From Planctomycetota bacterium (GTDB lineage Bacteria > Planctomycetota > GCA-002687715 > CAIWVZ01): DNA of 64,000 bases. Shown one piece after another: positions 19,606 to 28,230 of the stretch; position 1 is the first letter of the stretch, and each line of letters starts with the position of its first letter. The notes beneath the pieces are model-generated. The model saw only the letters and a program-made list of their open reading frames with translations, made no database searches and was not told the origin of the DNA. The position numbers were made by a program, and so were the translations under genes. Where the stretch lies: positions 160,001 through 224,000 of the forward strand of contig JBGANV010000003.1 of the NCBI GenBank assembly GCA_044222185.1, read 5' to 3'.

Positions 19606-20718
19606 ATGGCGTCCTCACCGCTTCCGCGAATCAAGGTGCTCGTCGTGGATGACTCCTCGGTCATTCGTCACGTCGTCGCACACGTCATCGCGATGGATCC
19701 GGCGTTCGAGATCGTGGGCCATGCGGCCAACGGCAAGATCGCACTCGAGATGCTGCCGCGGCTGAACCCGGACTTGGTGACGCTCGACATCGAAATGCCG
19801 GAGATGGACGGAATCGAGACGCTGAAGCGGCTCCGCAAGACCCATCCTCGGCTGCCCGTGATCATGTTCAGCACGCTCACCGAGCGCGGCGCGGCGGCGA
19901 CCGTCGAAGCTCTCGCTTGCGGTGCGACGGATTACGCCGCGAAGCCGTCGGGCCAGACCAGTCTCGACAGTTCGATCCAGACCATGCAGGTGGAACTGAT
20001 CCCCAAGCTCCGGGCGCTGTTCCCGCAACGCGCGATGACGTCGTCGCGGCCAGCGTTCTCCGGCAGCGTGGGCGCCGAGCTGCCCTCCGCCCCGGTCCAG
20101 CCCATCGACCTCGTCGTGATCGGTGCATCCACCGGCGGTCCGGGGGCACTGCAGCACATCCTTCCCAAGCTGCCTCGGGACCTGTGCGTTCCCGTCCTCG
20201 TCGTTCAACACATGCCGCCAGTGTTCACCCAGGCGCTGGCCGAACGGCTGAACGATGCGTGCCCCATCAGCGTGCGAGAGGCCGTCGATCGAGAACCCCT
20301 GACGCGGGGCACGGTCCTGATCGCGCCCGGCGACGTCCACCTCGAAGTTGCCGGCGTGCCCGGTGCCGGCAAGGTGCGGCTCCACCGCCAGCCGCCGGAG
20401 AACTCGTGCCGGCCGTCCGTGGACGTCTTGTTCCGCTCCGCTGCCCAGATGTACGGCGGGAACGTCCTCGCCGTGATGCTCACCGGCATGGGCCAGGACG
20501 GGCTCAAGGGTTCGCAGCTGATCGCCGAAGCCCAGGGTTTCCTCATCGTCCAAGACCAGGCGACGTCCGTCGTCTGGGGAATGCCCGGCGCCGTCCAGAA
20601 GGCCGGGATCGCCAACTGCGTGCTGCCACTCCAGGAGATCGGACCCGCCATCGTGTCCACGGTGAACGCCAGCTTGAAGAAGCAGCGCGTCGTGCACGCA
20701 CCGTCCACCCGAGACTGA
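19606..20718 (+). CDS. cheB: Chemotaxis methylesterase CheB
   Basis: REC domain plus GASTGG, QHMP, RPSVD and LTGMGQDG motifs. Confidence 0.97.
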   Translation: MASSPLPRIKVLVVDDSSVIRHVVAHVIAMDPAFEIVGHAANGKIALEMLPRLNPDLVTLDIEMPEMDGIETLKRLRKTHPRLPVIMFSTLTERGAAATVEALACGATDYAAKPSGQTSLDSSIQTMQVELIPKLRALFPQRAMTSSRPAFSGSVGAELPSAPVQPIDLVVIGASTGGPGALQHILPKLPRDLCVPVLVVQHMPPVFTQALAERLNDACPISVREAVDREPLTRGTVLIAPGDVHLEVAGVPGAGKVRLHRQPPENSCRPSVDVLFRSAAQMYGGNVLAVMLTGMGQDGLKGSQLIAEAQGFLIVQDQATSVVWGMPGAVQKAGIANCVLPLQEIGPAIVSTVNASLKKQRVVHAPSTRD

Positions 20719-20719
20719 A

Positions 20720-21541
20720 ATGCCGCTCGCTGCCCCCGTCATGGAATTCGTGCGACGAATGGTCCTCGACCGCTCCGGGATCTCGCTGGACGCGTCGCAA
20801 GACTACCTCGTCGAGGCGCGGCTGGCGCCCCTGGCGCGGGACGACGGATTCCGCTCCGTCGACGACTTCATCGATCACGCACGGGATTCGGGAACCGAGA
20901 CGCTCCACGAGCGGATCACAGAAGCGCTCACGACGAACGAAACGAGCTTCATGCGCGATCCGGCGCTGTTCGACGCCATCGTCAAGCACGCGTTGCCCGA
21001 ACTCATCCTCGCGCGCGCCAACGAGCGCAAGCTCACGATCTGGTCCGCGGCCTGTTCCACCGGCCAGGAGCCGTACTCCGTTGCGATCCTCCTGCGGAGC
21101 AGATTCCCCCAGGTCGCGGACTGGGACGTGAAGATCGTCGGAACGGACCTCTGCGAGAGCGTCCTCGGCCGCGCACAGGAGGGCCGCTACACGGCGATCG
21201 AAGCGAACCGGGGAATGCCCGCGACGCTCCTGATCAAGTACTTCGAACGGGTCGGGCTCGACTGGCGCGTGCGCCCCGAGATCCGCGCCATGGTCGAGTT
21301 CACCAAGCTGAACCTCATCGGGAGCTGGCCGCCGCTCCCCATGTTCGATCTCATCCTGCTGCGGAACGTGCTGATCTACTTCGACGTGCCCGTGAAGCAG
21401 CGAGTCATCAAGAGTGCGCGCAAGGTCCTGCGACCGGACGGATACCTCGTGATGGGAGCCGCCGAGACGCTGTACACGGTCGACGACAGCTTCGCCCGGA
21501 TCCAATGGGAGAAGGCCGTCGCATACCGTCCGATCCCATGA
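20720..21541 (+). CDS. cheR: Chemotaxis methyltransferase CheR
   Basis: TTNETSF.RD, WSAACSTGQEPYS and RNVLIYF motifs. Confidence 0.97.
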   Translation: MPLAAPVMEFVRRMVLDRSGISLDASQDYLVEARLAPLARDDGFRSVDDFIDHARDSGTETLHERITEALTTNETSFMRDPALFDAIVKHALPELILARANERKLTIWSAACSTGQEPYSVAILLRSRFPQVADWDVKIVGTDLCESVLGRAQEGRYTAIEANRGMPATLLIKYFERVGLDWRVRPEIRAMVEFTKLNLIGSWPPLPMFDLILLRNVLIYFDVPVKQRVIKSARKVLRPDGYLVMGAAETLYTVDDSFARIQWEKAVAYRPIP

Positions 21542-21555
21542 TCAGGAGAGAGTAA

Positions 21556-22026
21556 ATGGAGGCTCACGTCATCAACCTGGCCGACGACATCACGAAGATC
21601 ACGGAGGCCGTGTGGACGTCGACTCTGAACGAGTCGATCATCCGCAAGCGCCTGCCGGACAACGCGCTGTCCCGGCCGTTCCTCACCACGTGCATCCACA
21701 TCACGGGCGCCTGGGAAGGAACCATGATCCTCGAGTGCTCATTGGAGTACGGACGCGCCGTCGCCGCGTCGATCTTCGGGACTCGCCCCGCGGACGTCAC
21801 GCACGACGAGGCCCACGACGCCGTCGGCGAGTTGATCAACATGATCGGCGGCAACGTGAAGGCGCTCCTTCCGACGCCGTCGCAGCTCTCGCTGCCGTCG
21901 GTTGCCGAGGGGATGAACTACCGGATGTCCATCCCCGGAACCGTGGCGCTCCACGAGTTGGACTACGACTCGAACGGGCATTGGATCCGCGTGCGGCTCC
22001 TGCAATCGACGCGTCGCCGCGACTGA
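21556..22026 (+). CDS. cheX: CheX-family phosphatase
   Basis: ITGAWEG, DAVGELINMIGGN (ExxN) and LSLPSV motifs. Confidence 0.88.
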   Translation: MEAHVINLADDITKITEAVWTSTLNESIIRKRLPDNALSRPFLTTCIHITGAWEGTMILECSLEYGRAVAASIFGTRPADVTHDEAHDAVGELINMIGGNVKALLPTPSQLSLPSVAEGMNYRMSIPGTVALHELDYDSNGHWIRVRLLQSTRRRD

Positions 22027-22076
22027 CCAACACCCCAACAGGATTCACTCCGACCACGAACGGGAGTTCTCGCGCC

Positions 22077-22439
22077 ATGAAGATCATGATCGTCGACGAC
22101 AGCAAGGCGATGCGGATGATCGTCCTCCGCACGCTTCGGCAGGCCGGTTTCCAGAGCCACACGTTCGAAGAGCAGCCGAACGGCGCCGAAGCGCTGAAGG
22201 CCATCCAGGCGGGTCCGCCGGATCTCGTCCTGTGCGACTGGAACATGCCGGAAATGAACGGCATCCAGCTCCTCACCGAGCTGCGCAAGCAAGGCAACGG
22301 GGTGAAGTTCGGCTTCATCACGTCAGAGGCCTCGCCCGAGATGAAGAACCTGGCCGTGGAAGCCGGCGCGCTCTTCCTCATCACCAAGCCGTTCACGGTC
22401 GAGACGTTCCAGCAGATGCTCACGCCCGTCGTCTCCTGA
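22077..22439 (+). CDS. cheY: Second CheY-like single-domain response regulator
   Basis: IVDDS, DWNMPEMNG, FITSE and ITKPF motifs. Confidence 0.9.
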   Translation: MKIMIVDDSKAMRMIVLRTLRQAGFQSHTFEEQPNGAEALKAIQAGPPDLVLCDWNMPEMNGIQLLTELRKQGNGVKFGFITSEASPEMKNLAVEAGALFLITKPFTVETFQQMLTPVVS

Positions 22440-22456
22440 TCGAGCGACGCCCCGCC

Positions 22457-22933
22457 ATGACGATGTGCACCGTACCGACCTGCGAATCCGTGTCCGCGTT
22501 CCTGGAGAGCCTCTTCGGAACGAAGGTCGCGGCGTCGCTCGGCACGACGACGGCGTTCGATCCGAAGGCGCCGCTCGTGGCCGCGATCTACGCGAGCGAG
22601 CAGGGCGCAACGGTCGGCGTCTGGCTTTGCGACCTGTCGTTCGCCGCCAGCGCGGCGGCGGCGCTGTGCGTGGTGCCGGTCGAGCAGGCAACGGACGCGA
22701 TCACGGCGGGAGCGCTTCCGGACTCGCTGATGGAGAACCTGAAGGAAGTCTTCAACGTCGGCTCACGCTTCTTCGTCGGGCCCGGCGCCCCGCGCGTCGC
22801 CCTGAAGAGCGTGCACTCGCAGCCGCTGCCGACGGAGATCCGCATCGCCATGGCGAAGTCGCCGCTCCGCGTGAACGTGGATGCCGAGATCACCGGCTAT
22901 CCCAAGGGTCGCATGACCCTCTTCATGAGCTGA
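22457..22933 (+). CDS. Chemotaxis-associated hypothetical protein, divergent CheC/CheX-like
   Basis: Last gene of the cluster, CheX-like size, with ENLKEVFNV (ExxN). Confidence 0.6.
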   Translation: MTMCTVPTCESVSAFLESLFGTKVAASLGTTTAFDPKAPLVAAIYASEQGATVGVWLCDLSFAASAAAALCVVPVEQATDAITAGALPDSLMENLKEVFNVGSRFFVGPGAPRVALKSVHSQPLPTEIRIAMAKSPLRVNVDAEITGYPKGRMTLFMS

Positions 22934-23074
22934 CGCGATCCCGAACGAGGGTGTTCAGGTCCCCCGCGCGGGATCTGCCAGCGGCTGACTTGACGCCGAA
23001 GCGGCATCAGCCGGCCCGCCCCCCCGCCCCCTTCCAGCAGGGCGGCGGAGGAACGGACGACGCGAGGCCTCGGG

Positions 23075-26000
23075 TCAGAGGCTCGTGTTGAAGAACGCCC
23101 ACGTCAGGCGGAATCCGACCGGACTCGCCGCGTCGAGGTAGCCGGCCTGGAGCGTGAAGTGAGCTCCGGTCGGCGGGTTCGGCGCAACCAGCCCAGGCAG
23201 GATGAACTCGCCGCCCGGCGCCGTGTTCCCCGGCAGGTTCGGGCTCATCACGATCCCGGCCTGCGGTGGTCCAAAGACGCCGAGGCCATCGAGAACGGGG
23301 AAGAGCCCCGGCGATCCCACCTGGAGCACGAGGTTCGCGGCAGGAGTGGGCCAGTTCGTCACCGGCCCCGGCAGGCCGGAGTCACCGACGAGCGTGAACG
23401 CGGCGTTCGGTGCACAGCCCTCGATGTTGAACGAGAACGTGACGCCCGGAGTCATCGGATCCTGCAGGGGCACGTGCCCGATCACACCGTGGTTCGAGCC
23501 GCTGCCCACGATGACCTCCGTCATGTTGGACGCGACCGTCGGGAAGTTCTCGACGGCGATCGCGAGGCCACCGGACATCCGCGTCTGCTCGATCGACGCA
23601 GGGATCGAGGCCGTCAACTGCGCGGCGCTCACGTACGTCGTCGTGAGTTGCACGCCGTTGGCGTACACCTTCGACGTCGGCATGAAGCCGCTGCCGTTCA
23701 CGGTCAGGTTCGTGGCGGGCGACGCCAGAGTCTTGATCGCGATCGACACGGGCGTGAGCGAGGTGATCGCCGGCCCCGTGATCGTGAACGTGAGCGCCGG
23801 CGTGTTTCCGCCACCCGGTCCCGGATTGCGCACGAGGATGCTCGCGGACCCCGGGGTCGCGATGTTCGCCGCAGGAATCGCCGCCGTGAGCTGCGTCGCG
23901 CTCACGAACGTCGTCGGCTGCGGGACGCCGTCCCACCGCACCTGGCTCTGCGTGTTGAAGTTCGTTCCGGTCACCGTGAGCGTGAAGCCGGCCGTACCGG
24001 CGAACCGCGAGGTTGGGCTCATCGACACCAGCGTCGGGACCGGGTTGTTGATCGTGAAGGTCAACACTCCCGAGTTCCCGCCGCCCGGCGCCGGGTTGTT
24101 CACCCGCACCGACACGGTCGCCGCGTTCGCAACGTTCGCCGCCGGCACCGAGGCCGTGACCTGCGTCGCGCTGACGAATGTCGTCGAGAGTCCCGCTCCG
24201 TTCCACTGCACCTGGCTCTGCGTGTTGAAGTTCGAGCCGTTCACCGTGAGCGTGAAGGCCGCCGAACCTGCGAGGGTCGAGCTCGGCGACAGCGACGCGA
24301 TGGTCGGCACCGGGTTGTTGATCGTGAACGTCAACGTCCCGGAGTTACCCCCGCCCGGCGCCGGGTTGTGCACCAGCACCGATGCCGTCCCTGCAGCCAC
24401 GATGTTCGCCGCCGGCACCGAGGCCGTGACTTGCGTCGCGGAGACGAACGTCGTCGTGAGGTTCGCGCCGTTCCACTGCACCCGGCTCTGAGTGTTGAAG
24501 CTCGAGCCGTTGACGGTGAGGATGAACGCCGCACCGCCCGCAGTCGCGCTCGAGGGGCTGAGCGACGCGATCGCCGGCACCGGGTTCGTGATCGTGAAGG
24601 TCTGGCCTGCCGTCGTCCCGCCGCCTGGCGCCGGGTTGAACACGGTCACCGTGTGCGTGCCGGCAGTTGCAAGCAGCCCCGCCGGAATCGTCGCCGTCAC
24701 CGACGTCGCGCTGACGAACGTCGTCGGTTGGTTCGCGCCGTCCCAACGGACGATGCTCCCGGCCACGAAGTTCGTCCCGGTGCAGGTCAGCACGATCGCT
24801 GCACTGCCCGCGCCCACCGTCGCCGGGCTGATCGACGTGAGCGTCGGCGCCGGGTTCGGCGTCACGTCCACGTCGACGACGAACGAGCCCGAGATCCCGA
24901 CGCCGCCGTCCTTGAAGACGAGGATCGCGTGAACGCCGGGGCCGAGCGTGCGCGTCATCGTCGGACCACCGACGGTGGACGCGAACACGGCGGCGCCGCG
25001 ACGAGCCCACGCCGGCGTCGCCTGGGGCTCGAACAGCGCCCACTCGAGCCCGGCCAAACCGGTCAGCACCATGTCGTAGCTGCCTCCCGGCGCCGGAACC
25101 GTGAACTCGAAGATGCGGAGTGCCTGCGCAGCGCCCCACGCGGCCGAGTACGGCGTCCCCGGTGTGACGGTCACGCGCGTCGCTTGGTTCGCGCTGGCCG
25201 ACGTGGTGCCGAAGAACCGAGCCATGACGCCTTCGGTCGGCGCAACGGTGCCTTGGTAGCCATCGGCGACCACGAAGTCGCACGCCGTGCCGCCGAGCTG
25301 CGACTGGCCGGAGCCGATCTCCACATCCCAGTCGCTCGCGGCGGACGTGATCCCCACCGCATTCCACACGCCGGCCACGGGTGCGACCGTGAACGGCTGG
25401 CACTCGTTGGTCACGGTCGTCGACGCGGTCGACGGGCTGAGTGCGATGGGCGGCGCAGTTGCGCACACGTGAGCCGTGAACGACGCGGTCGCCGTCACGG
25501 GGCCGCCGTCATGGACGACGGCGAGTGCGTGCCAACCCACGCCGAGTGACGCCGTCACGGTCCCGGTCGACGTCGTGCCCGACGCTTCGATGTTCGTGTT
25601 GTCGCTGACCCAGCTCGAGTCCACCCCGGGCGAGTGGAAGACCCAGCGCAACGATGGATCGCCGGTGACCGTGACGTCGTAGCTGCCCGCGGTCGTGATG
25701 TTGACCTCGAGCAGTCGGATGATCTGGTTCGCCGAAAGCGAGCCGAAGTACTGATTGTCGACCGTCATCGTGCTCGACGAGGCGTGCTGGAGCGTCGCGT
25801 CGGCGCTTCCGGCGAAGCGGGTCGTCGTCCCGGACGACGCCGGGATCACGCCCAACTCGCCGTTCGCGATGACGTAGTCGCAGCTCGTTCCACCGGAGAA
25901 CGCGTAGGCCTCGCCGAGGAAGACGTCCCAGTCCGCCTGCGAGCTGACGGCGACCGCGTTCCACGCGTTGGCGACCTGCGTGACGCTGAAGCCCTGGCAC

Positions 26001-27772
26001 GGGTTCGTGACCGTGACCTGCGTGTTCGCCAGCAGTGCGATCGGAGCGACTCCCTGGCAGACGTTGATCGTCAGCGAGGAAACCGTCGCGCCGGCGCCGA
26101 GGTTCCGATAGACCGCGATCGCGTGCCAGCCCGTCCCGAGCGAGATCCCGGAGACGGGGCCGCCATTGAGCGACGATCGTGACGCGAGCGACGCCGACGA
26201 GCGAGGCCGCCAGTCGTTGTTGGTTCCCGGGCCGTAGAGGATCCAGCCGAGCGAGGAGTCACCCGTGATGTTGACGTCGTAGGTGCCCGACGACGTCACG
26301 TTGAATTGATACAGCGCGAACACGTCCGTCGACGAGAACGTCGAGACGGTCGCCGCTCCGACGTTCACCGTGGTCGCGACGGAGAACTCGCCGCGCGCGG
26401 TCGTGCCACCCGAGTATCGGTACATGCGCCCGCTGACGGGCGGCACGGTTCCCAGGTTGCCGTTCGCGATGATGAAGTCGCACGTGGGGTTGAAGTAGGA
26501 GGAATAGAGGCCGTCCACCTGCATGTCCCAATCGCTCGTCGAGGACACCGCCATGCCGACCCAATCCGTCGAGGACGTGGTCGTGTTGAAGATTGCCGGG
26601 GTGCAGCTCAAGAGCGCCGACGTGCCGTTGGACAGGCTGAAGTTCCCGCAGCCGATGGTGGTGTTGATCGCCGCCTGCAAGGCCCCGGTGAGGATGCTCG
26701 TGCCCGCGTTGTAGCCGAGCGTTCCACAGAAGCCGTGCGTGTGGATGCCGATGGCATCACCACTCGCCACGTCGATGACGGGCGCGCCCGAGTTGCCGTC
26801 CGTCGTATCGACGTCGTATCGGATCTCGGTCCCGCTGACGCCGTTGTAAGGACCGGCCGACGTCTGCTGGACGTAGTTGTAGGTGTTGTTCGGCGTGGAG
26901 TCCGAGCCGTTCCCCGTCACGCGGATCGTCGGAACGATGACCGGCGGGAAGTAGGTGGGCAGGGAGGTCGCGAGCGAGAACCACGAGCCCTGACGCGCAG
27001 CGGCCGTCTGCCCCGACGTGTTCGGGTGAAGACGAGCAACCGACCAATCGTCGCCCGATCCGTTGTCGGATGCCTGGATCGTCGACTGATCGACAGGGAA
27101 CTGATCCGCGACACCGGGATGCTGGATGGAACCACCGCTCGTCGAGAGCGGGTAATTGAATTCGGCAACGACGAGGAAGTCAGGGGCCGGGTTGGCGCAG
27201 TGGCCGGCGCTCAAGATCGTCGACGTGTTGCTGATGAGCCAGCCCGTGCAGCCGCCGGACGTCTGCGTCGCGCTGAAGAGCAGACGGCAGACGCGGACGT
27301 CGGAACTCAACACGCGGTTGTCGGAACCGCAGAGCGTGTCGAGCACGGAAGCCGGCATCGTGGGTGCTCCCACCAACGCTTCGCTGACCGCCACGTTCGC
27401 GGTGGAGCCCGGAGCGAGCGTGACCGACACGGTCACGGTGGAACCGTTGAACCAGGCCGAGTGGTTCTGCCACTGCTTGAGCGTTCCACGGCGAAGGTCC
27501 TGGAATTCGCCGTCGATCGGGTTCGTCACACGGATGACGTCTTCGTCGCCGCCCAGGTCGGCAACGGAGAAGATGAGCTGGATGGCGCTCACCGCGGGGA
27601 TGGAGATACTCTCGCTCCACACCACCTGAGGCGTCGCGGCGGGGTTCGAGAGCGGGCCGCTGAGGGCCTCCGCTGGAACCCGAAGAAGCGGCGGGTTCGC
27701 GACCTGCGCTCCGGCGAGCGTCGTCAGAACCCCGAAGAGCAGGCACGTTGACCAGTTTCTGCGTCGCATCAT
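23075..27772 (-). CDS. Large secreted trypsin-fold serine protease with three ~200-aa modules, five IPT/TIG-like domains and the recurrent C-terminal domain
   Basis: AAAGGAGG RBS, signal peptide, and catalytic triad motifs SAGHC / DDW / DGNSGAP. IPT repeats read P.I.SLSP...LTV.G.NF...TT(F/Y)VSA.Q...NP.PGGG. Confidence 0.9.
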   Translation of the reverse strand: MMRRRNWSTCLLFGVLTTLAGAQVANPPLLRVPAEALSGPLSNPAATPQVVWSESISIPAVSAIQLIFSVADLGGDEDVIRVTNPIDGEFQDLRRGTLKQWQNHSAWFNGSTVTVSVTLAPGSTANVAVSEALVGAPTMPASVLDTLCGSDNRVLSSDVRVCRLLFSATQTSGGCTGWLISNTSTILSAGHCANPAPDFLVVAEFNYPLSTSGGSIQHPGVADQFPVDQSTIQASDNGSGDDWSVARLHPNTSGQTAAARQGSWFSLATSLPTYFPPVIVPTIRVTGNGSDSTPNNTYNYVQQTSAGPYNGVSGTEIRYDVDTTDGNSGAPVIDVASGDAIGIHTHGFCGTLGYNAGTSILTGALQAAINTTIGCGNFSLSNGTSALLSCTPAIFNTTTSSTDWVGMAVSSTSDWDMQVDGLYSSYFNPTCDFIIANGNLGTVPPVSGRMYRYSGGTTARGEFSVATTVNVGAATVSTFSSTDVFALYQFNVTSSGTYDVNITGDSSLGWILYGPGTNNDWRPRSSASLASRSSLNGGPVSGISLGTGWHAIAVYRNLGAGATVSSLTINVCQGVAPIALLANTQVTVTNPCQGFSVTQVANAWNAVAVSSQADWDVFLGEAYAFSGGTSCDYVIANGELGVIPASSGTTTRFAGSADATLQHASSSTMTVDNQYFGSLSANQIIRLLEVNITTAGSYDVTVTGDPSLRWVFHSPGVDSSWVSDNTNIEASGTTSTGTVTASLGVGWHALAVVHDGGPVTATASFTAHVCATAPPIALSPSTASTTVTNECQPFTVAPVAGVWNAVGITSAASDWDVEIGSGQSQLGGTACDFVVADGYQGTVAPTEGVMARFFGTTSASANQATRVTVTPGTPYSAAWGAAQALRIFEFTVPAPGGSYDMVLTGLAGLEWALFEPQATPAWARRGAAVFASTVGGPTMTRTLGPGVHAILVFKDGGVGISGSFVVDVDVTPNPAPTLTSISPATVGAGSAAIVLTCTGTNFVAGSIVRWDGANQPTTFVSATSVTATIPAGLLATAGTHTVTVFNPAPGGGTTAGQTFTITNPVPAIASLSPSSATAGGAAFILTVNGSSFNTQSRVQWNGANLTTTFVSATQVTASVPAANIVAAGTASVLVHNPAPGGGNSGTLTFTINNPVPTIASLSPSSTLAGSAAFTLTVNGSNFNTQSQVQWNGAGLSTTFVSATQVTASVPAANVANAATVSVRVNNPAPGGGNSGVLTFTINNPVPTLVSMSPTSRFAGTAGFTLTVTGTNFNTQSQVRWDGVPQPTTFVSATQLTAAIPAANIATPGSASILVRNPGPGGGNTPALTFTITGPAITSLTPVSIAIKTLASPATNLTVNGSGFMPTSKVYANGVQLTTTYVSAAQLTASIPASIEQTRMSGGLAIAVENFPTVASNMTEVIVGSGSNHGVIGHVPLQDPMTPGVTFSFNIEGCAPNAAFTLVGDSGLPGPVTNWPTPAANLVLQVGSPGLFPVLDGLGVFGPPQAGIVMSPNLPGNTAPGGEFILPGLVAPNPPTGAHFTLQAGYLDAASPVGFRLTWAFFNTSL
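23771..24860. repeat. Four tandem 270-bp intragenic repeats (IPT/TIG domains)
   Basis: Register motif cgggtt/cggccc...(g)atcgtgaa recurs at 23771, 24041, 24311 and 24581, and cgggtt at 24851. Confidence 0.85.
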
Positions 27773-28230
27773 TTCGATCCTCCTTTGAGTCGTCGATGGA
27801 CAGACTTCATCCCCCCAGCGACGCCTCGGATGCCGATGTGACAGCCCCGCGTGAATCCGAGTGGCCCGAAAGCGCAGCAGTTTGACGGGCGCGGCCCCGA
27901 CCGTCCCCGCCGGTGCGACGGATATGCGCAGCTGGGGGCTCGGTTGGAGCCACCGTCCGAGCACTCGGCTACCCCGATGGACCAGTCGTCGCGGGAGCCG
28001 CACCGCATGCGCGATGGCAGGCGCGGCGGCAGCCCACGACGCGAGCCATCGCCGCGTCCGCGTCGCCGTCGCCGTCGCCGAGACATCGAGCGCGGCCACT
28101 CTCCGTGCCCAGACGCGCGCCGCCCCCCCACGGTGCGAAGCGTCGCGACGCCGGGGAATTCGCGCGGGCGCCCCAAGTGGGTCGCGCGGAAAACGAAGCT
28201 ACAACGCCGACCGCGCCGGAGGCCCACCCC

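Noticed and set aside
27810-27940. Riboswitch (c-di-GMP-I or ydaO-like) in the protease leader, bounded by CCCCCAGC/GCTGGGGG
   Set aside because: Only fragmentary similarity, and core conserved motifs are missing. An Rfam scan would settle it.
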